From NCBI GenBank assembly GCA_965285935.1, contig OZ260662.1:17980001-18044000 (forward strand): a stretch of DNA of 64,000 bases. The letters run 5' to 3'. A program made the translations under genes and the position numbers. The notes beneath the pieces are model-generated. The model searched no databases and was not told where the DNA came from. It was given only the letters and a program-made list of their open reading frames with translations. Positions 36,760 through 50,295 of the stretch are shown in pieces. Within the stretch, counting starts at the first letter, position 1. The number at the start of each line of letters is the position of its first letter. This DNA comes from Ophelia neglecta. Its lineage: Eukaryota.

Positions 36760-37400
36760 TCGGAGTAATTGTATAGCTGCCTATGCAAGATGGATATTCA
36801 TCGAGGCTTTTAAACACATTAATACTGAATAACTTATGCATTAACTCTCTTAATTATTAATCAGTCTTTGGCTACATGATTTTTTCCCGGTTTACATAAA
36901 ATCCATGAGGTGTGCCTCCTCTATTAAAAGGATATAAATACTCTCTTTGACAAGTATCGCCTGATATCAGTTTGCCTAACTATATGTATGGTATTTGAAC
37001 GAAATATATTCAACCAATTATACGAAAAGTTATACGAGTTAGATAAGGGTGAAAGCCCAATAAACATGTACAAGGATTTGTTAAGCGTTTGATAAGCTTA
37101 ACCATATTATATTACTTTATAAACGTAGCCATAACAGCATTACTCACACCTCATTGTCACTTCTTTAAAGTTACTTGAGCAATTGAAAACAATATGTGCA
37201 ATTTGATAATATCAGCTCTACTCTCTTTGGCATCTCGACTGGGTAGGCACAGGGCTCAGTTTTTGGCGCAATTCGTGATTCATTACTCATTTTTATATAC
37301 ATGAACAGTATCAGTTCTGAAAGCAAACTTTTCATGGCCATTATCTTCGCTGATGATACCACACTGTCTAGGTCCAAATTACCGCACATAGGTGACATTT
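36760..37400 (+). mobile_element. Decayed non-LTR retrotransposon (CR1/L2-like) RT fragment
   Basis: Frame-disrupted translation IINQSLAT*FFP ... DKYRLIS ... LDKGESPINMYKDL/AFDKLNH ... SYLSN*KQYVQFD...STG*AQGSVFG...IIFADDTTLS, with FADD at 37346-37357. Contains multiple stops and frameshifts. Confidence 0.9.
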
Positions 37401-37757
37401 AGAGACATTTAGTATATCATTTAATTAAATTTTATTATAGACTGTCCCTCATAAAATATTTTGATAGTTTTTATTTGTATCATGTTGCTTATATACATGG
37501 TTACGACACAAGAAACAAATATTTCCGCTCTCTGGTAAACCATGTACTTGCAAAGAAATGTGTAAGGTATAGTTTTACCAGTGTTGAATGAGGTCCCTGA
37601 TGCAGTTAAAAGTGAGCTATCCACTCACAGAATACACTGCTTTCAAACTACGTTCAAATGTTTCTTATCGAAAAATACGACATGTTTGTCAAACTGTTAC
37701 CACCAGCCCAGGCCAGCCCAGATGGACGTTCCTGTCACTAAGAATTAAGAACCTTAC

Positions 37758-37824
37758 CTTTTCCCCAGACGAGCGTCAGACAGGACAGGAGGAATATGTC
37801 TGTGATGTACGGTCCAAGGTGCAT
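37758..37824 (-). CDS. nAChR-family Cys-loop channel alpha-type subunit, coding exon 1 (signal peptide MHLGPYITDIFLLSCLTLVWGK)
   Basis: ATG at 37824-37822 in a good context (AGGATG). 22 codons + 1 nt with a hydrophobic core and a VWG signal-peptidase-like site, ending in the strong donor AAG|GTAAGG. Phase 1 matches the next exon (G+CC = Ala). An acceptor TCTTTCCAG| at 37872 implies the exon starts at 37871 with 47 nt of 5'UTR. Confidence 0.8.
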
Positions 37825-37837
37825 CCTGTCTCTGCCT

Positions 37838-37843
37838 CTACAT
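37838..37843 (-). promoter_or_regulatory. Minimal uORF (AUG-UAG start-stop element) in the predicted 5'UTR
   Basis: The minus strand reads CCTG-ATG-TAG-aggcagagacagg-ATG. The stop ends 13 nt before the main start codon. Confidence 0.5.
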
Positions 37844-40800
37844 CAGGGGCAGCCCTCCTGCCTCCTTGACACTGGAAAGACACACACAATTATAACTTTA
37901 ACAGCAATGATACCTCTACACCAGGGCAGGCCGTCTGCCCATTTTATGAGTAACGCTCATGCACCTTATTTGATAGCATGCATAAAACAAAAACATGAAT
38001 AACAAATTGCATTATACGTATTCAAATAGGCATCGAGAGAACCTTGAACGACATTATCAACCTTCTATAAACCAGTGATAGTTTAACCTTTATCCTATAA
38101 AAATTGTTATTTCAACCAGTATCATTATCATTAAATAAATAATAGTATTAGTATTATAACAATTATTATTAGAGGTAACTATTCGTGGAAGTGATATATA
38201 TGCTAATAATGATATATAACTGTAAGCCAATATAATAATTACCCTCTGATTATGCTTGTTGTTTGTACTTTGTCGTTATTATACTTTTATTCGCATCATA
38301 TTTATTTGTAAGTAGTATTTTCTACAGATATAAATGTATACATTTATAAGTACATGGATTGTGTTATGGTACGTTAATGTGTATAAACAATGCATTTAAC
38401 ATGGGAATGCTGCTCTTGCAGGGCAAACATCGTTTGACTAAAATTTGGATGGCATTAAGAAAAGCCTCTTGAATGGCCGCTTTCAGCTAGCTAATACGGG
38501 GCCCCGAGTATAATCTGACTAAATGCTGCAATTTACAGGATCTCTGTGGAACGTAATAAGCTGGAACGGATTTTTATCCACCCCTCCCCTCCCCCCAAAA
38601 AACAGACACATACGACCACCGTCAACAGGCTTTACAGACTACAAAACCATACAAAATGTTACTTGGGTTCGGCATACTATTGAAGAGTTGTATGTTGCAA
38701 CCCTGCACCAATGAGCACGCCTAATGCCTCCCTGATGCCATTGCAATACCAAGGTAAATATACCACCACTAGGTTATGGGCACCATTAAAAAATGAGTTC
38801 ATTTCGCTTCACCAGGACAAATTGAAAAATGCTGATTGAGTCCTTAAAGGGCGGCAGCCATTTTATTATACTTCATGGGTAGCTCATCCGGTTTACCTGC
38901 ACACAAATTACCATAAACAAGATATTACAGGAAGGTGATCTCAAATCTGTTCAGGTGTAGACACTATCAGAAATAAATGGCGAATCATTTATGGAAAGGC
39001 CGAATGGTCAACGTAAATATATACTATTATAAGAATATAAACAAGAATACGCATAACCCGAAGTGGCTAAGGCAAGCACATATGGCAGGTGATATACCAG
39101 ACCGGCGAATCAAAATGAACAGACCAGAATAGCAATGCAGAACAGAAAAACTCGATGTCGACTTCATGTCGCCAGATCATCCGTTATCACAGGACATACA
39201 GGCTCGTACTGCTCAGGGTCTAGACTCCATATTTAGCAAGCACAAGACACACATTTACACATATAAAACAAATGTGTCCACTCTTCCTCACACGACGCCA
39301 GCTCAAAACAACACAAGACATAAAATATCACAGCGGAAGTAAAAAGAGAAAAAACAACAATAAATCTCCAACGTGGATAGTGATGCTGCTGTACGCGAAA
39401 TAAAAGGGATCGTTTGTTAGACAAAAGAGAGCTACAAATCAATAAGATTAAAGATGTCAGACACACAGGAAATTTTCTTTAATCAATAAAACTCCATATG
39501 GCAAAAAATGTACTGCATAAGGCGGCCTCGAAAATCTGGTTGGGCTTTGTGTAAACGGCGTATGAAAAGCAGTGAGAAAAGTAGCATTGGCCTTTATGTG
39601 TATATTACTATGAAAATGATGTTAACCATATATGCACCAATCTACATTCGATTGGGATCAATGGCAGAATCTTCGATTATTGAAATCAGTGATATTGAAT
39701 TTTATTTTGATACCAATGCCGCTTCACAGTTTTGGCTGTCGCTGTTTCTATTAATCCTCTGGCGCAGAAGAATCATGTTCTTGACATACAGCTTGTTAAT
39801 CTGTTTATTTTCCGATGTCACCCCACAGAACTTTCCATCCAGGGAAACTATTATTGAAAAATACAGTCATAAGTAACATTACCGCAAAAGAAGAACAAGC
39901 CAACCAACATAATAGTAAGAAAACTTGATATTATAAACACTATATCAGACGGCAGGAAGGAAGCGAATGCAGAAGATTATTTATTGTTTAAAACACCGAA
40001 AGTGAGTTTTACGAGACATTGCATGAAATTTCAGGGGGGTGGGGGGGAGAATGTGTGGACTTTCTACATGTTTTATTCACACTAGGCGACTTTGTATTTG
40101 ACTGCTTTCAAAAAGCATCTGCCTATATCTGGGGAAAACCATTTGAGTTCCATTCTAAACAGAATAGAAAACATACCCCTCCATTATTGGTCGAATGAAA
40201 TACACATTAATCCACGAATAATTGTGACAGAAGATTTTCATAGGCAGACCCTAATATATTTCGGCCAGTTGTCATTGCGGCTTGGACACTTAATCACTTG
40301 TATTTTTTTTATTCGTATTTTAATGTTTAGTTATTTAGAGAGGCATTAGAACAAATAGTATATGCCATGTTTTTTGTTCTCAAAACTAGTCACGAGTCAA
40401 ATAGGGTTTGGGAGTAACTATATATATATATACATACTTAAGAGTGGTAACTTGTATTTGTAGTCAATAATTGCATCCTTAAGGAATGTTGAAGTTAAAT
40501 ATTTCTTATTATTTGAACAGCCCCTTCAGTGTACTACTGACTTGATATTCTATCAGATATAACAATAGTATCGCTATTTGTTCTCTGACTGCATCTACGT
40601 ACGCAGCTTGGCATAGTAATTACAACCGAGGGACTGAATGTCTAGTACAGCTTACCTTAAGCCATTCATGAATATCTCCTCTTTAATAAGCATTGCCATC
40701 ATAATCCGTGATCCACGAGGGACAGATAACATAATCTGCCTACCCCCTGCATTAGACAATGCACCCATTGAGGTATCTGTACTGGTCTAGCGTTTTCAAT

Positions 40801-43800
40801 GGTAACTTTGTTACGACCTTCACAGATAATGCTCATTATGCTTTATCGACATTGACTACTTGAATTTCTGTCATATAATGAATTAGAGCCGATCAGTTTA
40901 GAGCTGATTATAACTGCATGAAAGTTCAAAAACGTATAGATTAACTATTGTTCTCCATGTATATTGGGAAACCCGTATGAAAGTACTCTTTTCATAACTG
41001 TTTTTTTACACAACTCCTGATCTACATATTGCATATTCAGTACAGGTAGTATAGATTTTTTTTCCAAACGTTTTTCGAGAAACAAAAGATTAATGGTTGT
41101 ATGTTTTATCACAAGGAACAATAATTATGCATGCAACATATAATGAGGATTGTAGGAGAAGGTATTGATTGAATTGTGGTAAATGGGCCCATAATAGGCA
41201 GTGGGATCTTCAGAGGAACTATTACGTGTAAGAATGTTTATGGATAACAAATGGAAAAGCGACATTTCTGGCCATAAAAGGCAGTTTTCTAAGACAAAAG
41301 CGAGAGCAGATCATTCCAAAGGCGGTCTGAATTGTAAGGTAGGAGCAACTTTTCCCTCTCCTGTTAAAAAACATGATCTAATTTTTTTCTGATTTCCGAA
41401 TCATAGAGTTTAGGGTACCTTTATTTCACGACAATAACTACCTTCCTATATGGCTAATTCCAGCGTTCCTGCCTCTTGGTCGATAAGTGTCTCTGCTTGA
41501 CCATATTTCAGCTACTTTAACCTTCACTTGCATTCTAGCATGAAAGTATTCATGAAGATTTCCCTGTTCGAAGCCCCCCCCCCCCCACAACCCCCCCCCC
41601 CTGCACAAGACAAGAGCACAATTCAGATATTTCAGAGATATTTGCCAATTGATTAAGCCTAGTCAATACGCTTAGATTTCATGCCAGCCATGCTTAATGA
41701 AGCCTGAAATTTAACCATTCTAAGTATACACGAAGGGAAAATAAATATAAAGGCAAAATAAATATAAATAAACTAATCCAAGGAAAACACACCTATAGGG
41801 GCCAAATAAGGGAATACAGAAATTAACATTTAACTATTTAACCTATTCCCCATTTGAGTCTACTTGTCTCCTATGTATTCATTTTGGTACTCTTATGAAA
41901 CTGAGGAGGAGGAAATTCCCAGGGTCAAGGCAGTGACAAATCACACAGGACACGGCGACATTGTGTTAATTTGTGTTCTGCTTGTTGTTTTACCCATTTG
42001 GTTAATTTGCCTGGGTAATGCCATCTGATGCAAAGCAATGCACATTGTTTAAAATAGTCAAAAGGTCAATTTTCTTAACAGTGTAGCTCTCACTGTTATC
42101 GAGCATTATTTGCTTGGCCTTATTCACATTTATATATGAACATGGGAACACGAAACTAACCCTCGAATCGGGGAAGATTAGAAATAGATTTCTAGGTTTT
42201 TCACCATGATTCCTGTACTAGGGAGTTCGGAAGCGTAGGCCCTGCACAGTATGATAACAACACTTTAGAATGAAAGCCACGCCATTAGTAATCTTCCATA
42301 GGCGTAATGAAAAGTTCATTACGAACCATGATCTTTGGGAGACCACACGCCGGCAACCTAGTATTTTATATATTTTGATTGCTGCATTCCTTCTGACTAG
42401 GAAAAGCAGCCAATATTATCAGATTATCATGTGCCCTAACATCAAACCGTCAGACTAGCAAATAATAAACTAAAATTCATGCTTACTGTTCATTTTTAAT
42501 ATTAATGTAAGGCTGGTGATTAATAAATAGGTCTTCAACTTGTGCTATTGATTGCATATAATAACACTATGATGTAGCAGCATTTGTATTATGTTATCTC
42601 GATCGCCATCCGAGTTTCTCCACTTTCAAATATAGTGGACCTTACGGGCAAATCAAACTCTTCATAGTAGAACATTAATGGAGTTGATCTAGACATCTGG
42701 ATTCGAAGTGGTATAGTACATGATTACTATTATGTGATCAAACTGGGTAAAGATTACTTTAATAGCGTTCAACAAAAGGCATAAGCATTTTATATCCCAC
42801 CTGGAGCTCCGTAATAATATAAAACTTAGTGCCTTTACGGAAAATGTAAAGGGTCTAGAAATGGGTCTATGACAATTATATTTGTCTTAAGCAATTCATT
42901 CCATTTTAAAACCGGAATGGATATCTGATAAACAGACCCAAATATTGATAGGTAATCAATGCATTAGATATAGTCACAAAAACCGTCAAAGACAAGGACC
43001 TAACGTGGTATCGCTTCGGTCAGATTAGTAAAAATTGCCTATGTCGGTTTGGAACCCATGTTACTTCGATTCGTTTCCATTCAGACAGAGAGGAGCAAAG
43101 GAAACCAAAGACATAAGAAAAATAAGCGCGGATACCCGGTAGTTTATTCAACAAAGAAGGCTTGAAAAATGCATACAAACCATATTTTGTAATCAGGAGT
43201 AATATATGAAAGGAGAGAATGCCCCTCATATAAAATACATGGTTTTCTCGAGTCGCCTCGAGACTCCGATGTGTCTTAGCTGAAACTAATTTCCTGAGCA
43301 CGCTCCAACAGGTTATTTTCATGTGATCAGTCACAACTTGAGACGAACGAGCTTTATGGTTATTCTGAGGTATAAATGATATAGAAGTAAAATGGCTGCC
43401 TCCTCGACGATGGTAAGTGCCACACTCTTTCTTTTGTGACTTTGACGCCTTATTAAACCTTCTTAAATAAAAAAAGTTGGTGTTGACAATAAGTAAAAAA
43501 GGAAAACGTAGAAAGATATTATGATATAAATATATAGTCGAATATAGTGTTTGACTCTGCTGTCAAGCCGAATATTTTAGTGAACAAAAATGTCTAATTT
43601 GACAAACAGATTAGTAAATACCTGTTAACACCAAACAAGCCTGCGTGCAAGAGCCAAAGGATGGAACAACTATAAAATGATTAAAACCCCAACATATATC
43701 AGCTATAGGTTAATCGACACAACACAGTTGGAATTGCGAAGCAGGGAAAGAGCGGTCAATTAGTGTGTAACAACAGCATTGCGCAAATAAACCAAGAATT

Positions 43801-46800
43801 TTTTTACAAACATTATCGTTTCTTAAATTATAAGCATTTTATACACTTAAATCTAGACAAATTGGCTGCCAGATTAGTTAGAACACAGCTGGTCTGCATA
43901 GTTTCCCATGTGTTCTCATAGCAGTGATCCCACCAGTCGAAAAGTGCACTCAAGCAGCAAATGCGATTAAGCGTCCTGCGACTAATTATCAAGAGCGATG
44001 GGATGCGGCTAAATGTGGCTCTCCCCGATTCCTGGATAATTATCTAAATAGTTGGGCTTATTTCACACCGGCAAGCACTTCCCTGGAATAGTGCAAGGTC
44101 CTAGTATTATGCTAATCTTGTGAAATATAATACATGAAATATGCTATGCCCCAGCATGGAGTCGTTAGTTAAACGTCGCAGTGAGTACTTTATTCATCAT
44201 GACAACTCAATTTCGGGCCAGCTCTGTCAATTACTAGTTTATATCATGACCCCTGGCAGTTTACAGTACGAATCCATCTAAACATACATGAGTCTTACTC
44301 TTATTACTTTCACTGGGTCATTGTGCAAATTGCTCAATAATCCTTTAATACGCGAACTGATACCGGATGGCAAAATAGACCACACATGCATCGATTTCTA
44401 AGCCGTCGATATGTACCCACGCTCATGCAGTAATGAGGGAATTAAGGCAATATAACTTCTGAAAGCCGCTCAAAAAACTAGCTGGTTTCATAGTTTTAAA
44501 CGCGACTTTTTATGGCTAAGCATTTAGTTCCTTCCCTTTCAATATGGTCTATGTCAACGTGCATTTAGATTCAAAGACTATTGGTTAAAATTGATACAAA
44601 TACAAAATAAATATTCATAGCAAAAAACTGGCGCACTGGTGGTTTCTTTTTGCTCTTGTATGCTCTAAAGACGGGTTAAATCCACAATAAGTATTTGGAA
44701 TTTCATAAGGGGTTTTAGGCCACGTTGCAACTTAAAGATTTTTTTTTGTGCAATTGCCATTTAAATTGTTAGTTCATAAAAAGTTGATGTTATAGCTACA
44801 ATTAATGAATTAATGCTACATTACCACCCTGCATGCATTGCAACAAAAACACATTTTTATATAAAGTTTACGGAAAACAGAGTGCTTTATCTTTTTTTTT
44901 AGAAAACAAAGGAATTGAATACCCGGCAAACATAACCATCAAGGATAGTTCATTCTATCCGTCCTGCATAATTTGGAACACGCTACGCATATCTACACCA
45001 ATTATCAGCTCCCAAATAATACAAATAGAAAACATACAACCTGAAAGCACTTACAATAAGTAGTCAACAGTTGTCCATGGTGTGATCCAGAACACAAAGC
45101 AAACAAGAAAGGGGCATGCGCACTGTTTGCCTAAACAAGCCACCCGCCGTGCACGAAGATTGGCACGCGACCGGGGCCAGGCTAAAACTTTTCTATGGCT
45201 CTCTTTCAGCGCCGACGATACAGCGCCGTAGACAGGGACCACATTAAACACAAAATAAGAGAATGTTGAAAAAGCACTAAAGGAGATAATCGTATTAAAT
45301 TTACTCATAATACAATATATATAATATAACATGTTGACTATATAAGGTGCACCCGCCATGCTTTTTTTCGACTGAACATCTGCAGCGTCGATATTTCATT
45401 CTTACGAAGCAGAAGCACAGAAAAGCCCCCCCCCCCCTCACAGCAGATACTTATTCATTTCAATAGCAAAATACATCTACTATCATTTTACTAAGTGACT
45501 TTCTTATAGCCCTTTGGTTACATGCTCATCTTCTTAGAAGGAAGAGATTATCTAAATCGCATGTTTCATATTTTTGCGAAGAGTAGATGCAACTGGCTGT
45601 CAAATGAACTAATCATTCAAAGAAACGACTAGTATTTATATGATGCAACATGTCGACAATATGTGGAAAAATAACATGATTCACGGGGTTTCCAGATCGG
45701 GAAAGATAAATATGTTGTACGGATAATTAATAATAATATTACGACCGCCTTCTTCCTAATTCCCATTTCTCAGTCTGCTGTCCTTTACTCTGTTTCTTTA
45801 TTTTTGTGTCTCTGAGTAGCTCACAATTTCTCTTTCCCTTTCCGGCAATCTGTTTGTCTCACTTAAAACCCACTGTATACACTATGTATATTCTCGAATG
45901 AGGAATATTGCAAAGCTGATCAATAGTACAGCAGGTCAGTGCTTGATATTTAGCTATAAGCAAAATTGGTCATTTGCAATGAACCTAGTAGTTACTTACA
46001 GCCAAGTCACTGGGCACATATAGTGACAGCCTTAGCATAGAAAGGCAAATTTACTAATTGCCTCAAAATCATTTCCTTGCGATTAGCTTACAACCTAATA
46101 GAACCTGTTTGATGACAAAAATAATAAGTCAATATTAGGTTTCAATCATTGATAATGTAGTCGGGAATTATTCAAGTGTAAAATGCAACCGATCACTCCA
46201 GTGTGCTCTAGATATCATATATACGCAAAATAAATGATAATTATATCAAAGATGTACATCAATCTCTCCCCAGTCTGATAATTATCACGTGTGGATAACA
46301 TAAAACAGGACGCCCGTATCGTGAAGAACAAGATTTGAAACCTGGCAGATACTGAAACTGATAGTTAATCAATTCCATACCATTTAAGTGGTCCGAAATC
46401 TTTGTATTGAACCGTCAGTTGCAGGCCTCAAAGATCAATGTCAATATCTAACTGTAAATAAACTAGTGACGAAACTAGAGACGACACACACAAAAGGCTA
46501 CCACTCTTATTAACAATCAGGAACTTCATGCAAAATAAGTAAACTTTACCCTTCATTGTCACCGAGTACATACAAAAACCTTGGTATCGCTATATCTCTG
46601 AAGAGATACTACCAATTCCACTAAATATAATATTCCACTAAATATATACCTTTGCGGAAAACCTTAAAGCGACGATTCTAGTTCAATCCTCATTATCGGT
46701 TACCGGCTGATTAGCCCTTCAATATCGGCCTATCTTGCATGGCGACAATCTGCTCTGCTCAAAGAGTCTGTCAATGAATCAGCATCAGTTGTTAATAAGC

Positions 46801-49377
46801 ACTATTCCCTTTAGAGCCAGCAATTCCTATTTCGTGTAAAAAATTTGACCGAGGTATTCCACCGGGGTTTTGTCTCTATTTATTTCGTTAGACAACGTTG
46901 TCTAGCTTGGTTATTTTGCTTTTTGCCTTAGTATTCAGGTTAGCTCGGTGAGAATTTTGCCAATGAACAGTTAATATTTGTCCGTAACCTACCAATGGTC
47001 TTTCCAAGGTTGTGCGAAATTTAACAACTACTGTTTAAATACAACTGTACGAAGTGCTGCCGCATTTATAGTCCGCAGATCTGGAATGCTCATCGATATT
47101 CCCAACATTTGCTTTATATATTTGTGGCAGTCTTCTGGCATTTGAAATAGCATACGCTTCGCTGTCTGAAAAGTGTCCAAAGTAATGATTTGAGTTCTGT
47201 CAGTAGAGGCGCAGGTATATCAAATATACAGATGTACTCAACATCAGTTTATCTAAGTAAAATGACAGAGGCTTTAGGGACTTGATGATCCTGTACAAGA
47301 CTCCACTAGGCCAGTTGAAAGGCAATAAACAAAATGTGACTCCCATATGATTAATGGCGTTTATCGTATCTTTGTTTATCAACGAAGCAGAAATGGTTTT
47401 GAGTGATTTATACTGGTCACCCTAGGACTACAGGCTATGTGCTTCTGCCTAAAAGTTACCTGGTATGTCACAGGTGCACCTGTGCAGTCAAAATATAAGC
47501 GTAGTTAACAGTCCAGAGTCAACATCAATTTATTGCACTGGTGAAGAGATATTTAGCTATTTTCCCATATGAACAACAAGGACATTCTAAACTCTGCATA
47601 AGATATGTGTTGTTGAGAGAATGTCGGACATTTTGTATCAATAAAAAGTTTTGTAGAATAATTTACCATGTACTAGACACTCTTATAAAATATCGTATAA
47701 TAATAAAGCATTGCATACGATGATAATACCATCAAAGCAAACCAATAGTTACCTTACTTAAAACGGGCTTGGATATCCAACAGACAAACAAAATCATTAA
47801 TCAACAATTAATCCGTTCCGATATCATCAAGAATTGCAGGCAAAAGGCCCATACACAACAATATACCAGTCCCCAGCTCCCAAACAGCAAATACACCTAT
47901 AATGAAATAAAAGAAGAATTCCACTGTCACAGCAGGAGAAAGCCGTGCATTTTAGGTGTATCAAGTTGGTCTGATATCCTTGCCACATAAACAATGTTGT
48001 AAGCTGAATTACTTCTGAGTGATTACTATTATTACTATAACCGTCTTTTAGACATTTTAGTTCAGGAACAACGTTAAACGTACGTGGTACATAGGTATAA
48101 TGTTTGCTGTTGCTGTAGGGTGAATTTCAAGAATTAAACTCGTATTCGTACGGACATTTATGTACACATAACAATAAGTACTGCCTCTGCATACTGTTTA
48201 CCTTTATGCATTATGCATTATATACTATGAGTGCGCACTAGCTGATAAAATTACCAATGTACTAAAATTTAATATATTACATTGCGGTTATAGGACACGG
48301 TGAAACAATGCCAATACAATGTTTTGTGAAATCCCGCTCCTGTTAAACAAATTTAATTTCATTTCTAAACCAGTTATATAGTTGACATTGGTATACTTAT
48401 AATTTGTCCGCACATTTTTACCCCTTTGAAAGATTGGGTCCGTGTGTGCGGCCAATATTGCTACCGAGTCGTATAGCGGCGCGAGTTACTTTTGTTTCCC
48501 TGCTTTATTGCTCATATTCACAAAGCGACTTCATTCGTGGTCATTTTGGCGAAAGCATAGCATGCAATTATGCAAACAAACACTGGCCCATACTCTTGCT
48601 TGACCGTGCATTAATATTACCCATTAGAAAACACAAACGGGTTAAATAACGGGTTTGGATACCAGGAAGAACAAGCCAACTCATTAGGAAGAAAAGGTCT
48701 GAAAACATCAGGAACGCGCAGCCACATCCATCACTAATAAATCAATCAATCTCCATCTCCCAAGCAGTAAACAAACATTTAACAAAATAAAACATTCCAA
48801 AATAAAATATTGATATCACTAGTAATAATAAGTAGCCAAAAAGGTGCGTTTGGTTTTTCGGCATAGTTGATTGTTATATAATAGCTGTTATCTGTGTGTA
48901 TCATTCAAGTTAAAAACCAATGATAAATACATACAACCTGGGGAATCCCTAGCTTTCCATTGACAAAGAATGAAGATTCAGGACTCAGCTGCTGTGAAAG
49001 TTGGGATTGCCTACAGCGTTGTGTCGGTAGATTATTAAGAAGACAGCAGTCCAGTCCTGGAACGGCTGTAACAGATTTGATTGCTTACACTGTGGTGTCG
49101 TTTCATTAGCAGGATAACTACTTGAAAAAGCTGGAGTGCCTACAGTTTGTCAAACGAGGCTCAGGTCATCCACAATTTGTCATAAGATATTTCACACGTC
49201 GGGCAATGAACTCGGAGATTCGCTCGTAGATAAGTATTGATTAGATAAGCTAGAAACCAAAGTTTATTAGCGAATATATCTTTTATGATTGACAGATGTT
49301 TTATGATTGACTAGGGTCAATGAACCTTCCAGTGTTGTTATAGGATAGAGTTTGTATTCAAATTGCGATGGTATGAG

Positions 49378-50295
49378 GATCGATCAATCAGGGCCTTATT
49401 CACATCTTGATAGTATGATGCAGCATCACGGCCGTATTCACACTGTGTTATTTAAGCTCGATCAGGGCTCTATTCGCATTGTGTTAGCAAGATGCCCGAC
49501 CATGGTCATACTCACACTGTGATAGTAGGATGCTACATCACGGCCGTATTCACACTGTGATAGTATGATGCTACATCACGGCCGTATTCACTCTGTGATA
49601 GTCTGATGCTGCATCACGGCCGTATTCACACTGTGATAGTTAATGCTGCATCACGGCCGTATTTATACTGTGATAGTGTGATGCTGCATCACGTCCGTAT
49701 TCACACTGTGATAGTTTATGCTGCATCACGGCCGTATTCACACTGTGATAGTATAATGCTGCATCACGGCCGTATTCACACTGTGATAGTATGATGCTGC
49801 ATCACGGCCTTATTCACACTGTGTTAGTTAATGCTGCATCACGTCCGTATTCACACTGTGATAGTGTGAGGCTGCATTACGGCCGTATTCACACTGTGAT
49901 AGTGTGAGGATCCATCACGTCCGTATTTACACTGTGATAGTATGATGCAACATCACGGCCGTATTTACACTGTGATAGTGTAAGGCTGCATCACGTCCGT
50001 ATTTACACTGTGATAGTATGATGCAACATCACGGCCGTATTCACACTGTGATAGTGTGAGGATGCATCACGACGTATTAACACTGTGATAGTATGATGCT
50101 GCACCACGGCCGTATTCACATTGTCTTATGATGCTCGGACAGGACCGCATACACCCTATGTTAATTAAGCTCGATTAAGGCCGTACTCACACTGTTAGTT
50201 AAGCTCGATCGGGGCTGTATTCCCTGTGTGCTAGTTAGGCTCGATCAGAGCTATGGTCACACTTTTCAAGTATGATGCTCGATCCGGGCAGTATT
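49378..50295 (+). repeat. 38-bp minisatellite (~16 homogeneous units plus degenerate flanks)
   Basis: Consensus TGATAGTATGATGCTGCATCACGGCCGTATTCACACTG with period 38. Core ~49510-50125. Flanking units drift to an AAGCTCGATCAGGGC variant. Confidence 0.95.

Noticed and set aside
49378-50295. CRISPR-like array (38-bp partly palindromic repeats)
   Set aside because: Units abut with no unique spacers, there are no cas genes and the context is eukaryotic. It is a minisatellite, and ORF 49606-49794 is just its translation.
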